A program made the position numbers and the translations under genes. The notes below the pieces were generated by a model. The model was not told the DNA's origin. It searched no databases and saw only the letters and a program-made list of their open reading frames with translations. Positions 14,180 to 25,925 of a DNA stretch of 64,000 nucleotides are shown here, piece after piece; within the stretch, counting starts at the first letter, position 1; each line of letters begins with the position of its first letter. Source of the stretch: Antedon mediterranea (Eukaryota > Animalia > Echinodermata); NCBI RefSeq assembly GCF_964355755.1, contig NC_092677.1:12050101-12114100 (forward strand), in the 5' to 3' direction.

Positions 14180-14480
14180 TAAAGCGTCAGCCGGAAATTC
14201 AACAGAAACTATTTTTCGTTTCGGATTTATAAAAAGAAGAAACGTCACAGGCGTCAGCAGTTTGAAATTCAAAAGAAGAAACGTAACAAAGCGTCACCAG
14301 TTTGAAATTCAACAAGTGAAACGTCACAAAGCGTCAGCAGCTTGACATTTAACAAAAGAAACGTCACAGAGCGTCAGCGGTTTGAAATTCAACAAAAGAA
14401 ACGTCACAAAGCGTCAGAAATTTGACATTCAGAAGAAAGTACGGATTTAAGAAGGAAGAAACGCTATAAAGCGTCAGCAG
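14180..14480. repeat. Degenerate ~39-bp minisatellite
   Basis: unit approx. aaacgtcacaaagcgtcagcagtttgaaattcaacaaaag, ~7 copies. Confidence 0.85.
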
Positions 14481-15349
14481 TATTAACCAGATGGATGGAA
14501 TGGATTGAAAGTAAGCAATACAGTATGTATGTATTATTAAACGTTTAATCTCCCATTGGCAATTGTATTTTAAACTAACTCGTTTAAACTGAAGTAGGAT
14601 TATTTGGATATTGAGTGTTTCAAAAAATACGCCTCCGGAAAGAACAAACGCAGAACCGCCACATTTCTTGGAAGTTACTACAACAAAAGCTGGCCACAAC
14701 CAACCACGTTGTGCCACACAATTACGTCACTATTTCATTCATAACTTTTATTTTTTAATAATTTATTAGCCGGAGTACAATCATCCGGTAATTAGTTCTA
14801 ATACCTACTTAATACTAGCGCGATTATAGAGACCATATTGAGCGCGGTTATTATATTTTATAACAAGTGTTTCCTTAAAAAATATTCTGTACGTTTTGGT
14901 TTTCATGTACATCTTAAACGCGTTAGTGCCGAGGGAAGCTGGTTGAAATTGGTGAAAAGAAAAGCAAAGGAGCCACAAACTAATGAAGTACAGTGCATTG
15001 TTTTAATCATAAACATGTTTAGGCCTAAATATATAAATATTTTTTAAAAACCCCGTGTTTGATGAAGCCAGCGCTGTAGATGAATCCAAAATGAATATTC
15101 AAATTAATGTATATATTTCGTTACAATTGCTGCAACAAAAAAAAGAACAATTTTACTACACAAAACACGGATGTCCACGATGTAGAGAGGTGGGTCATAC
15201 CTTCCGGACATTTATACCAAGCTTGAATAAATACATATTAATAGTAAGAGGTTTTTAATTAATATAAAAGTGATAATGCTCTCTACAATCATTATAGACA
15301 CTTCGTGCCAAAAATGACCTTCTCGGCAAATACTACCCGCATAAACATT

Positions 15350-15716
15350 ATACGCGCTCATACGTCATCAGTTTGACTACTATTATAGGCCAGTATACTA
15401 CTGCTGTAAACGTGAATACAAACTTTTCACAACTTCTCTTTAATAACTGAGGTCACAGGTTAGATATGCGGAACCTATACGGTAAAGCAGGAAGTGAGCG
15501 TGTGGAAGGATGATATACCAGTGAGTGTGCTGCCTTCTGGAAATCGTTACTGAAAGTCGACGATAAAAACACCCTTTATTTACACATAATACGTGCACTC
15601 ATGCTCTGTTGGTAGTTAACATACACGTGGATCTTTGGTGCGTTTGTGGGATTATTGATATAGTCTGCTAGTTTCTTGGGAAACACTTTATAAATTACTA
15701 GTATTACTTAAACAAG
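15350..15716 (+). promoter_or_regulatory. Possible promoter and non-coding first exon of the G-alpha gene
   Basis: locally CpG-rich, CRE-like tacgtca at 15361, strong AAG|GTAAGC donor at 15716/15717; the ATG exon is preceded by a pyrimidine tract and AG (19204-19205). Confidence 0.3.
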
Positions 15717-17071
15717 GTAAGCGAATTAATACAATAGGGACTAAAACAATAGTCTGTGTGGTCCACCACACGAAGAGTACTGATTGGTATGTGACATTCA
15801 GACCGGCCGGCGGGTAATTATTATTCACGTACCAATGTTATATTATAGCAAACTAAAACTAGATTTACTATACTTATTATACTTATAGTATTGTAAATAT
15901 AATTATAGAACTTTTATACGGATTAATGTTTTCATATACGCCCTAATTTACCACACCCACATCAGGCAATTTATGAGCTTAACACCCGGCTTAACAGTCA
16001 ACTTTCACTAAATCGATAAATAGTTGACAATTTGCGATTTGAATGAAGATCGTAACTGGTGGTATGTGCGCGTTTTTTAATTAGTATTTAAAGAACGTGT
16101 ATTTGGTTTACACTACAGGTGTCGCCCTTTTTATATAAATTGCCGAGGACCGTGGTTTGTGCAGGTACAGTATACCTATACTACTATATTTGTATACAAT
16201 GTCCAATATTTTATATTTAAATCCGATCAATTTGGTATACATTAATTAAATAAGTCGACGGAGCAAGGGAGCATGGCCCTACCCCTCCCTCAGATCTTCC
16301 CAAACCCAAGTGCGACGGAGAGACCTCGCGTAACCGTTTTCATGCCGTGTCAAATAATAATAATAAATTGTATAGTAGGCCTATATGCCTATGACACCTT
16401 TATATTTTTGAATGATTTTGACCTCACCAAAATAGAAACCTAAACCGATACGTAAGGAATAGAAGATCTATATGGGGACAATAAAAAAAAAAGTACACTG
16501 CGTGTAAACTCGATTTTGATACTCAATCGGCTGGCCTCTCGAGACCTACTTTTAAAAGCCCAGCCTGTTCCGCCGTCTGTTGTAACAAGGTCAAATGAAC
16601 TGATTGCAAAATGTGATGCAGTAATTTGATGTCTAATTGTTAGCTTTAGATTCGATCTCGATACGTGCATATTGATATCAGTAACGTCATGATGTGGACG
16701 CGCGTGTGCGTATAAAAGTTGTATGATTATTACTAAAGACGTTTGTGTTTAGCGCATCCTTCTAATTAATTCTGGCTTACGAGTGAACAAATATATAACA
16801 TAGCAATTGAAATAAACACGGGTAAAAACATCAAACATAATAACAAGTTTTAACAGTCTTACAACACCAAATAACGACCAAACAAGCAACGGACTGCATC
16901 TTACGCACAGTTTTTAATGGGTCCTCTTTTCAAATGTCAAACCTACTGCCAACTGTGGTATCTTTCTGAATACTGTACGTTATTTATACTATTGAAGAAA
17001 TAACGAATTCCGCGGTTATGCGTAAAGAACTTGATTGTTAATGTGATCACCACCAACTAATAAAGTCAATG

Positions 17072-17264
17072 TTTTTAGTCGCATGGACGCGACTCAATAG
17101 TTCACTATGTCGGTTGGTCGGTCTGTCAGTCTGTCGGTCTGTCTGTCGGTCCGGTATCACTATGCGTTTTATCGCTTTTCTGTACTTTTTGAACTGTTTT
17201 GATGTACATTACTTTTTGAAAGTTTTTTTCTGAGAGCACGCGATTTATGGCTGTTGGCCTTGTT
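17072..17264. mobile_element. Helentron-associated (HINE/DINE-like) non-autonomous element
   Basis: tttttagtcgcatggacgcgact 5' hairpin, internal (GTCK)n microsatellite, acgcga repeated near the end, terminal ggccttgtt. Confidence 0.55.
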
Positions 17265-19229
17265 GTGTGAGAAAATATAAAATTATCGAACAAATTACCG
17301 ATATTTGTTTAACTTCCTTGTACAAATCTTTTATAATAGAGCGGATAATTATGTGTGGTGGTTCCCAGTTGTAATAGAGAAATACAGATCAGTATAGTAG
17401 GCCTACTACGATCACCAAACCCTATTCAAGGGACACCCCATTGATAGATCCGAAAGTGTCCCCTTAAGCGTTCTAATATATTTTTCAAACATTAAAGCCG
17501 GATCTAAAAGCGTTCGTTGATATAAGAAATATACAATGCTTTATTGTAGAGAAAATCCTGTTAAAAACGGAAGACTAGATTACAAATAGGATCAATATTT
17601 CCTGACCTCGTAGGAATTGCAGTAGAGTACGATACGTGACCCTCCTTAATTGCACACTGGCGACTCTTCTGACGCCCTATTATTATTTTAATAATGATAA
17701 TACAACAAAGTGTCCATAGTTAGGGTGTCCTTTGATTAGGCAGAGTTAGCCATATATTGTATGGAAACATAATATTTCACCTCGTTCGTTCACGATATAG
17801 TGCCTCTCAATAGACGTTCTAATTAAAATAAATGTGTGTGGATGCAATGACAAGTGTTGGACGTATACATTTGATCGCATATGCCGTATGCCATTTGATA
17901 TATTGCAAATAAAACCAAACTAATTCCTCCGTAAATACAAAGTACAGAACACCCTATACCGATACTGATTGGAATAATATGCTTTATCTAATTATTCAGA
18001 GTTTCGGTTTTACTTTCCCTTTTTTAAACTAAACGTGATAAGCATTATATCATATTGAATGTTGTCCGCATCGAGTAAGTGTGACGCGTTTAATCCAATT
18101 CTCAGCGCGCGTATTCTTATGAATCTGGACAAAACGCTTTGTACGCCGCCCGACGCAATACAAAACGACACCGTATTGTGACGACGCGTCGTTGATTAGT
18201 ATATCAGACTATTCCGCTCGGCGCTCTAAACACCAATTTATGGTCAGTGTCTCAATCACTAAACATTTCCTACCATCTTCTTTATCTGTTCTTATCAATG
18301 TTTATGATGCTAATATTTATTGCAAATGATACATTGGTTTTTTTGACAAAATATTATTAATATATCACAATTTAGTAAGACTGGCCTTCAGTATAACACA
18401 AATAATGTCTGTAAAAATAATCATCTGAATTTGGTGCACACAGTGACATTTCAAATACTGTATTTTTTAATAAGTTCTTGTTGGACGAGTCACATTTTGA
18501 GGGAGATTTACCAACTTCGAATTTCAACATAAATACAACACCGTTCTTAATTTGTTTAGAAAAGGGAGGAAGCATTTAAGTAGAGCATAAAACTGTAAAT
18601 TTAATATCTGTTTACGTTATTTATTTCATCGAATAGTGCAATTGTTTATATTGAATGTGTTTCATATTATTATATCATAATATTATAAGTTACTTTTACC
18701 TGTTCATGACGCCGTCGTTTGTGATGCTGCCGTCGTGAATCTTAACCTGGTGATGGCGCGCTTGTGAACATCAAAACTGTTAAAGATAGGAATACAATTA
18801 ATAAAAAAATTATATGCAGGCCAACTGCAACACGGCGTTCAACGTAATCGCTCGAATTTTGCCCGCTTATTCACGTGAACAAAGCCAGAGTCTGAGAGGC
18901 GGTGATTGGCGTACGGCAATAGGTAATTATGATATGATAATTACACTGAGAGAGGCGACATGTTTTTTCAATACAAATTATAGCCCGTATAGTAAAGCAA
19001 AATGTAGCAGACTGTCTGTGCGTAAGAAGCGTCCATCCTAAACACAAAGCCTGACATTTTTTTTGCGTTTGATTCACCGGTGAAGCGACCTCCGCTTTCG
19101 GAGGTGAATACCTGGATTGGAATAATACTTTAAAATTTATTTTTTGGATTGAATATTGATATATCAAATATTGAAAGCAATCAATGTGTTTTTGTTCTGT
19201 GTTAGAATTGGGCAGCAGCGTTTAGGACG

Positions 19230-19347
19230 ATGGGTTGTGCGATCAGCGCAGAAGACAGGGCGGCTACGGAAAATAGCAAACAGATCGACAAAAGAATAAG
19301 AGAAGACAAGATAAACGCAGCCAAAGATATCAAATTATTACTCCTAG
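19230..19347 (+). CDS. GNAO: G protein alpha subunit, Go class, coding exon 1
   Basis: [39 protein letters not shown](G); 118 nt then gtaaga, the canonical Gi/o exon-1 size. Confidence 0.93.
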
Positions 19348-19516
19348 GTAAGATACCCATTTGTAACATTTAACACAATAATTAGAATGCAGTAGTTTGA
19401 CAATGTTGAATGATGCGTATAGGTGTGCGGTAATTTTACTCTTTCTACTCACCATAACTGTTTCTTTTAAGATCAATGAATAATAAAATCACAATTTTAT
19501 TTTTTCGTCTTCACAG

Positions 19517-19559
19517 GTGCGGGAGAATCAGGAAAAAGTACAATAGTCAAACAAATGAC
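19517..19559 (+). CDS. GNAO: G-alpha-o exon 2 (P-loop)
   Basis: cag|GT GCG GGA GAA TCA GGA AAA AGT...; GAGESGKSTIVKQM; 43 nt. Confidence 0.95.
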
Positions 19560-21375
19560 GTAAGATGTTTATTATATAATAGTTATATTTAATGAATTCC
19601 TATTTTTAGTATATTTTTTCAGTACTGTTTAATTGTGTATGTTGTACATGCATATTTAATTTCTTTCATATTACAGCATTTTTTTCTATATCGTGTTAAC
19701 CAAACCAATACTTATTATCATAATCGTGAATTATTTTAATAATCAACAATGATTAAAATCATTGTTGATGTCATCATAATCATAGTTATTATCATCATCG
19801 ATCGGTTTCATCATTAATTTTCAGTGACATGACCATTATTATCATTATCTTCCTCGTAATACATCATCATCATCATCATAATCATCATCATCAGAATCAT
19901 CAGAATCATCATCATCAATTTTATCATCAAGATCATCATAATTATCAACAATATTACCTTAGGCTATCTCACTAACATAATACTGTATACTGTACTACCA
20001 CACAGACAAGATTTTTAGTCTTCGCTGATTATACAAATAATTATTTATTCCTGTGTAGGGCTATAATAATGCATATTACTCCATACTATTATTGTTTAGA
20101 GTACGGTATACGACGTAAATCAATTGTAGTGCTCTAGCATTCAACTCTGTATTTTAATTCTACACGTTTCAATAAGCAACGTCGTTAACACTAGCTACCG
20201 AGGCAACAACAGCACATACTAATCGGCCTGTGCAACTCTGCTCTCCATATATCTGTTTACATAATACTCTACTGTAATTATAAATTCAACTCTGTTATTA
20301 TGAAGATATGAGATCTTTGTCCTCTTGTTGTCCGTGAACAAAAATATTTAGAGTTGCATTAATTGGTGTGCAAGGTAGTGTATTGAATACAATACCATGA
20401 TAGCAACAAAGAAATGCTTGATTAAAAATGCATCGTATTTTAGAATAAAATAGGCATAGAAAGGGTAAATGGTTATGGTTGTAATTTAGACGAGTTATGG
20501 TGATATTAATGATTACTATTTATACACCATCGATATATTGTGATCATCGCTGGAATCACCAAAATTGTCTGTGTTATCATTGACGTCATAGTCATGTTTA
20601 GTATGAAATTATGGTGTTTACAATGATTTTGATCGACAATGATTGTCATGGTATTAATAGAATAATGATAATGACAATACGAAAAATTAGTTAAAATTAG
20701 TTACGTTAATAATTATAATAGACGATTATGATACATATTATTATATTGAATAGATGATTACGATAAAGATGATATTGAATTGCTGATTTGATAAGGATTG
20801 AATGAAAAGTGTGGTTATATTGATGGGAAATAATATTGATAATTTTATCAGTATAAAAATGACATTGATGCGGATATAGACAGTACTAATAATTATATAG
20901 AACAGGAATAATCATATATAATAATATTAATAATAATATTAATAATAATAATAATAATGATATAGATAAAGTATCGAATGTTTCTATTCATGATTGATCC
21001 GGAAAGCAAGGGCTTGATATGAATATTAATTTTATTATAATCACAGGCCATAATAACGTAATATTACAGAGAATATTAATATGGTCACTCTTATCAGGTT
21101 GTAGATTAGTAGACGGTGATGACGTCATGCTAATTATGATAATGATATGTTAATTGTGATCGTCGCCATTGTCACCATATATTATTATGTTATCATGTCA
21201 TTGTCGTCTTAATTAATCATGTTGTGATAACCCTACCCCATCACCCTCTATATGCATCATAGTAGGCCTACTAGTAGATATATATTTAGTTGTAGTTGCC
21301 TTCATCAATTATCGTTATTATCATTGTCATCGTCCCCAAATCATTATCATTCTGTCACACCCATTACACTCTATC

Positions 21376-21728
21376 ACCATCGAGACCACCACCACCACCA
21401 CAACAACAACACAACCACCACCACCACCACCACCACCATCATCATCACCACCACCACCACCACCACCACCACCACCATCATCATCACCACCACCATCATC
21501 ATCACCACCACCATCATCACCACCACCATCACCACCATCATCATCATCACCACCACCACCACCACCACCACCATCACCACCATCATCATCACCACCATCA
21601 TCATCATCACCACCACCATCATCATCACCACCACCATCATCACCACCACCATCATCACCACCACCATCATCATCATCACCACCACCACCACCACCCCCAT
21701 CACCACCATCATCATCATCATCATCATC
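21376..21728. repeat. (CAC/CAT)n trinucleotide microsatellite in G-alpha intron 2
   Basis: mixed CAC/CAT run. Confidence 0.95.
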
Positions 21729-21914
21729 AACACAAAATCAGAACATGTTCTTGAGGATCCTAATTTTCTCTTTCATACATACACAATAAAAATCATAATC
21801 GTGATACCTTATTATCACCATCAGATCATAAATTATCATTTTCAGGACAATTTTTATCACCATTTTCATCAGCATTTCCATCAGCATTTTCATCTCCATT
21901 TTCATCTCCATTTT

Positions 21915-21917
<3 letters not shown>

Positions 21918-21967
<50 letters not shown>
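21918..21967. repeat. (TA)n microsatellite
   Basis: ~25 TA units. Confidence 0.97.
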
Positions 21968-21969
<2 letters not shown>

Positions 21970-22386
21970 AGCCCATGAGATCGAGATTGAGATCCAGCCA
22001 CTGATACCCACAGCATTGTCATTTTTTTCAGTAATTTGCCTTTGGATTTATATATCTAGCCCATGTTACACGAAATGAGCGTAGTTGTGGTAACAAGTGT
22101 TGTTGTTTTTTGTCTAGAAAATGGTCTTTATTCCAAATTATAGACTCTGGGTTGTAGGTTTTAAGATAAAATATTGATTGAGACAATCAATATAGAAAAT
22201 GGTTTGTTAAATAATATGGCTAAAATGAATGAGTCATATATATATATAAATCAATTTGATTATTGATAATGAATATAGTAAGTGAACTGTTGTATTTTAT
22301 AAACACTTCCTGGCTAAAATGACCTTTGACTGAGATGATCCTGATGACGTTTTTACTTGGTTATGTTTGTTTTTATTTAGTATGAT

Positions 22387-22422
22387 CGGGGAAGAGTGAA
22401 ATTACAATTTCACTCTTCCCTG
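22387..22422. mobile_element. 36-bp palindromic mini-MITE with 7-bp TSD
   Basis: cggggaagagtgaaattacaatttcactcttccctg flanked by gtatgat on both sides. Confidence 0.75.
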
Positions 22423-22696
22423 GTATGATCGATACTGGTTCATTTCAGTACCCTAAACAAAGCCTAAATATAGAGCGAGTTGACCAATGAGAAGCGACAC
22501 TTAGAATAATCCATCGATTGTCGTTGGTCAAATCACTTACGTTGCGTTACGTACTTGTGTTGCGTCTTAGCAAAGCATTAGTTATTTACCCGGATAAGTT
22601 GGTTTCATAAGACAATTGAATCGCCAATGTTGATGGTAGGTCACCCACCCGGGTAGGTCACCTACCCTGGTAGATAACTAAGCCCGAACATTCCTT

Positions 22697-23882
22697 AAGT
22701 GCTGTCTACACTATCAAACTTTATGTGACAAAATTTGATGTGCCAAGATATAGACATGATGATGTCATATAAGTAAGTACCATATTTGGGCATATCACTA
22801 CCATATTTAATCAATATCTTGATGAGAAGAACCCAGGAATATCAAAGATTTTCTTTTCAATATTCAAAATTGAATAACATTTTACTACTACTACAGGCAT
22901 TTTTTGCTACTGTTTGATTTTCTAAACTAAATTACAAGACTCCAGTGGGTCTATTTGTTATTTTCAACATTAGCACAACTAGAAACTAACTTAAAGGTAG
23001 CACAATGATCTAAGGTGTAAATTGGCAGTATTAATATAGTTCTAGCTAAATCAACCCCCTTTCCATTTCCATTCCACAATTTAGGCACTTAGACCCTCAG
23101 ATAAACTGTATTTGCGATTGGTGTCTGCCTAAAAAATGGTGTTACATTGAGTTGTGTGGGTCTTACCACAATTCAGGATCAATATTACGCCATTAGGCCT
23201 ACCTGTCATACAACATTAAACTTGATTCTCTTGGCCTAGAAATCACCTTAACCTACACTCACCCTAGGCAATTTCACACTCGCGTTGGCCAGATAAACCC
23301 AACTTGTGGGCGTCGAGTTATCCTTAAACTACTTAATTAGATAAAATGTTTTTCTTATAGATTAGATAATGTTAAAATTGTGTTTTCTAAATATTCCAAT
23401 TTAATAAATGCATGCCCGGTTGATTATTGACCCTAAATGAAATTAGTTGATCTGGCCTAGCGTATTAGATTTAGTTACTGTGTTTGTTTATGAAGAAGAA
23501 AAGCAAAGCAAACTATTATATTTGTTTCAATTCTGTATTTTCTGTAGGCCCTGGCCCTATTGTTCTGAGATATTCTGCCCATCCCTTTAAACGACGTCTT
23601 ACCATAGAACCAAACTGGGATTCTCAAACTCTACCTCTAATTCATACCATCATGTAAATTATTTTTAGATGACTTCATGATTCTGTTAAATGCAACCAAT
23701 GATACCTCAATCTGAGTTATTCACCATATTGCAAACGACAGAAAATGTTATGTGCCCATATATGGACATGTGATGTGCCCATATATGGACATGTGATGTC
23801 ATATCACTATCACATTTGGATATATCACTACCATATATGGGCACATCACACTTCTTGTTTGATAGTGATAGACAGAGCTTTA
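22697..23882. mobile_element. Ends of a MITE family (ctgtctacactatcaaac...gtttgatagtgtagacagagc); other copies at 60910-61016 and ~62445-62487
   Basis: left terminus at ~22700 and inverted right terminus at ~23860-23882, with shared catatcactaccatat repeats; may be one element or two halves. Confidence 0.55.
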
Positions 23883-25061
23883 AAATGTTGCCGTCATTTA
23901 TTATTTGATCGTTTGATCATATTGTCTAGTCTATCATTGCTATTAATATTTGAGAATAATAATGTTAATTGGTCACCACACCATATACTATTCACGGTTT
24001 AGTTCACTTACTCAAAATAGACCTTCAATATTATTAACCTTTATAAAACACGGGCCTCGGCATATAAATACGATTGTTTTCATTCGACACAATACGCCTT
24101 ATTGTATATGATTTCGTTATAATCTGTCATTAATGCTAGCATGTACCAAACCACTGCGTTGTCATTTCACTGCTAGCGATGGTCCCGTATTGAATAATAA
24201 ATCGCTCTCGTCTGAAAAAATATGGATGAATTTCCCGCCCACGCAATCTTCGCTACAATCAATAATTCGCCTTGTCATATCACGCTATATTTGTGCACAC
24301 TCATTCTACAAGACAATGTTTTGGAAACTGTCTAGCTCTCTGTTTAGCATACACCTCATTGACAAATGCTTACTGAATTTAAAATCATGATGAAGACGGT
24401 TTCAAATGTCAATCTTTTCCGGGTGAAAACCGAAGATACATTTCCTTAACAGTGTTGATCATACAAATCTGCGCGTAGTTATTTTATTTTGTTAATTTCT
24501 CAATCATTCAGGGACTCAAACAATAAATTATTCTTCTGGCAAATTCTATTATTTCGACGTCAATATAATAAAACAATTTAATTGTTGCAGAAAGTGTAGA
24601 CCTAGGTTATAAATGTAGAAATTGATGGAATGAGTGATGTACGAATATAACTTGTGTTGGGTACATAAAGCTTGGTTCCCACTAAAGACGCAACGCAAGG
24701 ACGTAAGCGCACCGCAAGCTTGTTGACCAATGACAAGCGTCTTTGCGTTGCAACCTAGTATGAACCAAGCTTAAGGACTGATGAATGGAGAGAATGACAA
24801 ATAAAGAGTGATAATGTAATGGCTGGTTTATAGATGAAAGGATGGAATATATACGATAAATGTGTACCTACATGAACAAATGCGGATCACTTGATGTTTA
24901 TTTATTTGTAATTCAAAATCGATGAATTATCTCAAACGATATCATTTTGTTTTATTCTGTAATGTTTTGCTTTAATACGTTTAACACGTTTAACTAAGAT
25001 AGCATCAAATGAATTTACTGATTTTAATCCATTTATTTAACATTTTGTATTTTTCCTGTAG

Positions 25062-25203
25062 AATTATCCATAAAGATGGATTTACTAGTGAAGATGCTGA
25101 GATATATAGACCAGTGGTGTATAGCAATACGATACAGTCTATGCTGTCAATGACACGTGCAATGGAAGCTTTAGGTGTATCTTTCGAAGATAGTGAACGA
25201 GAG
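25062..25203 (+). CDS. GNAO: G-alpha-o exon 3
   Basis: IIHKDGFTSEDAEIYRPVVYSNTIQSMLSMTRAMEALGVSFEDSERE; 142 nt; AG/GT. Confidence 0.95.
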
Positions 25204-25253
25204 GTAAGAACCATGTATAATAATAATAACCGAATAAGCGAGATTAAGTTCCG

Positions 25254-25925
25254 GATAAGGTAGATTGAGAACCGTATAAGGTAGAATAAGAAGTGTATAA
25301 GGTAGAGTAAGACTTGTATAAGGTAGATTGAGAACCGTATAAGGTAGAATAAGAATTGTATAAGGTGGATTGAGAACCGTATAAGATAGAATAAGAAGTG
25401 TATAAGGTAAAGTAAGAATTGTATAAGGTAGAGTAAGAACCGTAGAAGGTAGAGTGAGAATTGTATAAGGTAGAATAAGAAGTGTATAAGGTAAAGTAAG
25501 AATTGTATAAGGTAGATTGAGAACCGTATAAGGTAGAGTGAGAATTGTATAAGGTAGAATAAGAAGTGTATAAGGTAAAGTAAGAATTGTATAAGGTAGA
25601 GTAAGAACCGTATAAGGTAGAGTGAGAATTGTATAAGGTAGATTGAGAACCGTATAAGGTAGAGTAAGACTTGTATAGGGTAGAGTAAGAATTGTATATG
25701 TGATTGGAAACCGTATAAGGTAGAGGCAGAATTGTATATAAGGTGATTGGGAACCGTATGGGTAGATTGAGAACCGTATAAGGCAGATTGAGAAACCGTA
25801 TAAGGTAGAGTAAGATAGGTAGACTAAAACCCGCATAAGGTAGAGTAGGAATTGTATAAGGTAGAGTAAGAATTGTATAAGGTGATTGAGAACCGTATAA
25901 GGTGATTGAGAACCGTATAAGATAA
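25254..25925. repeat. 21-bp minisatellite in G-alpha intron 3
   Basis: unit tataaggtagaKtRagaaYYg, ~30 copies. Confidence 0.93.

Noticed and set aside
21252-22022. Poly-His, poly-Thr/Ile, poly-Val/Met and (YI)n ORFs
   Set aside because: Microsatellite translations inside G-alpha intron 2
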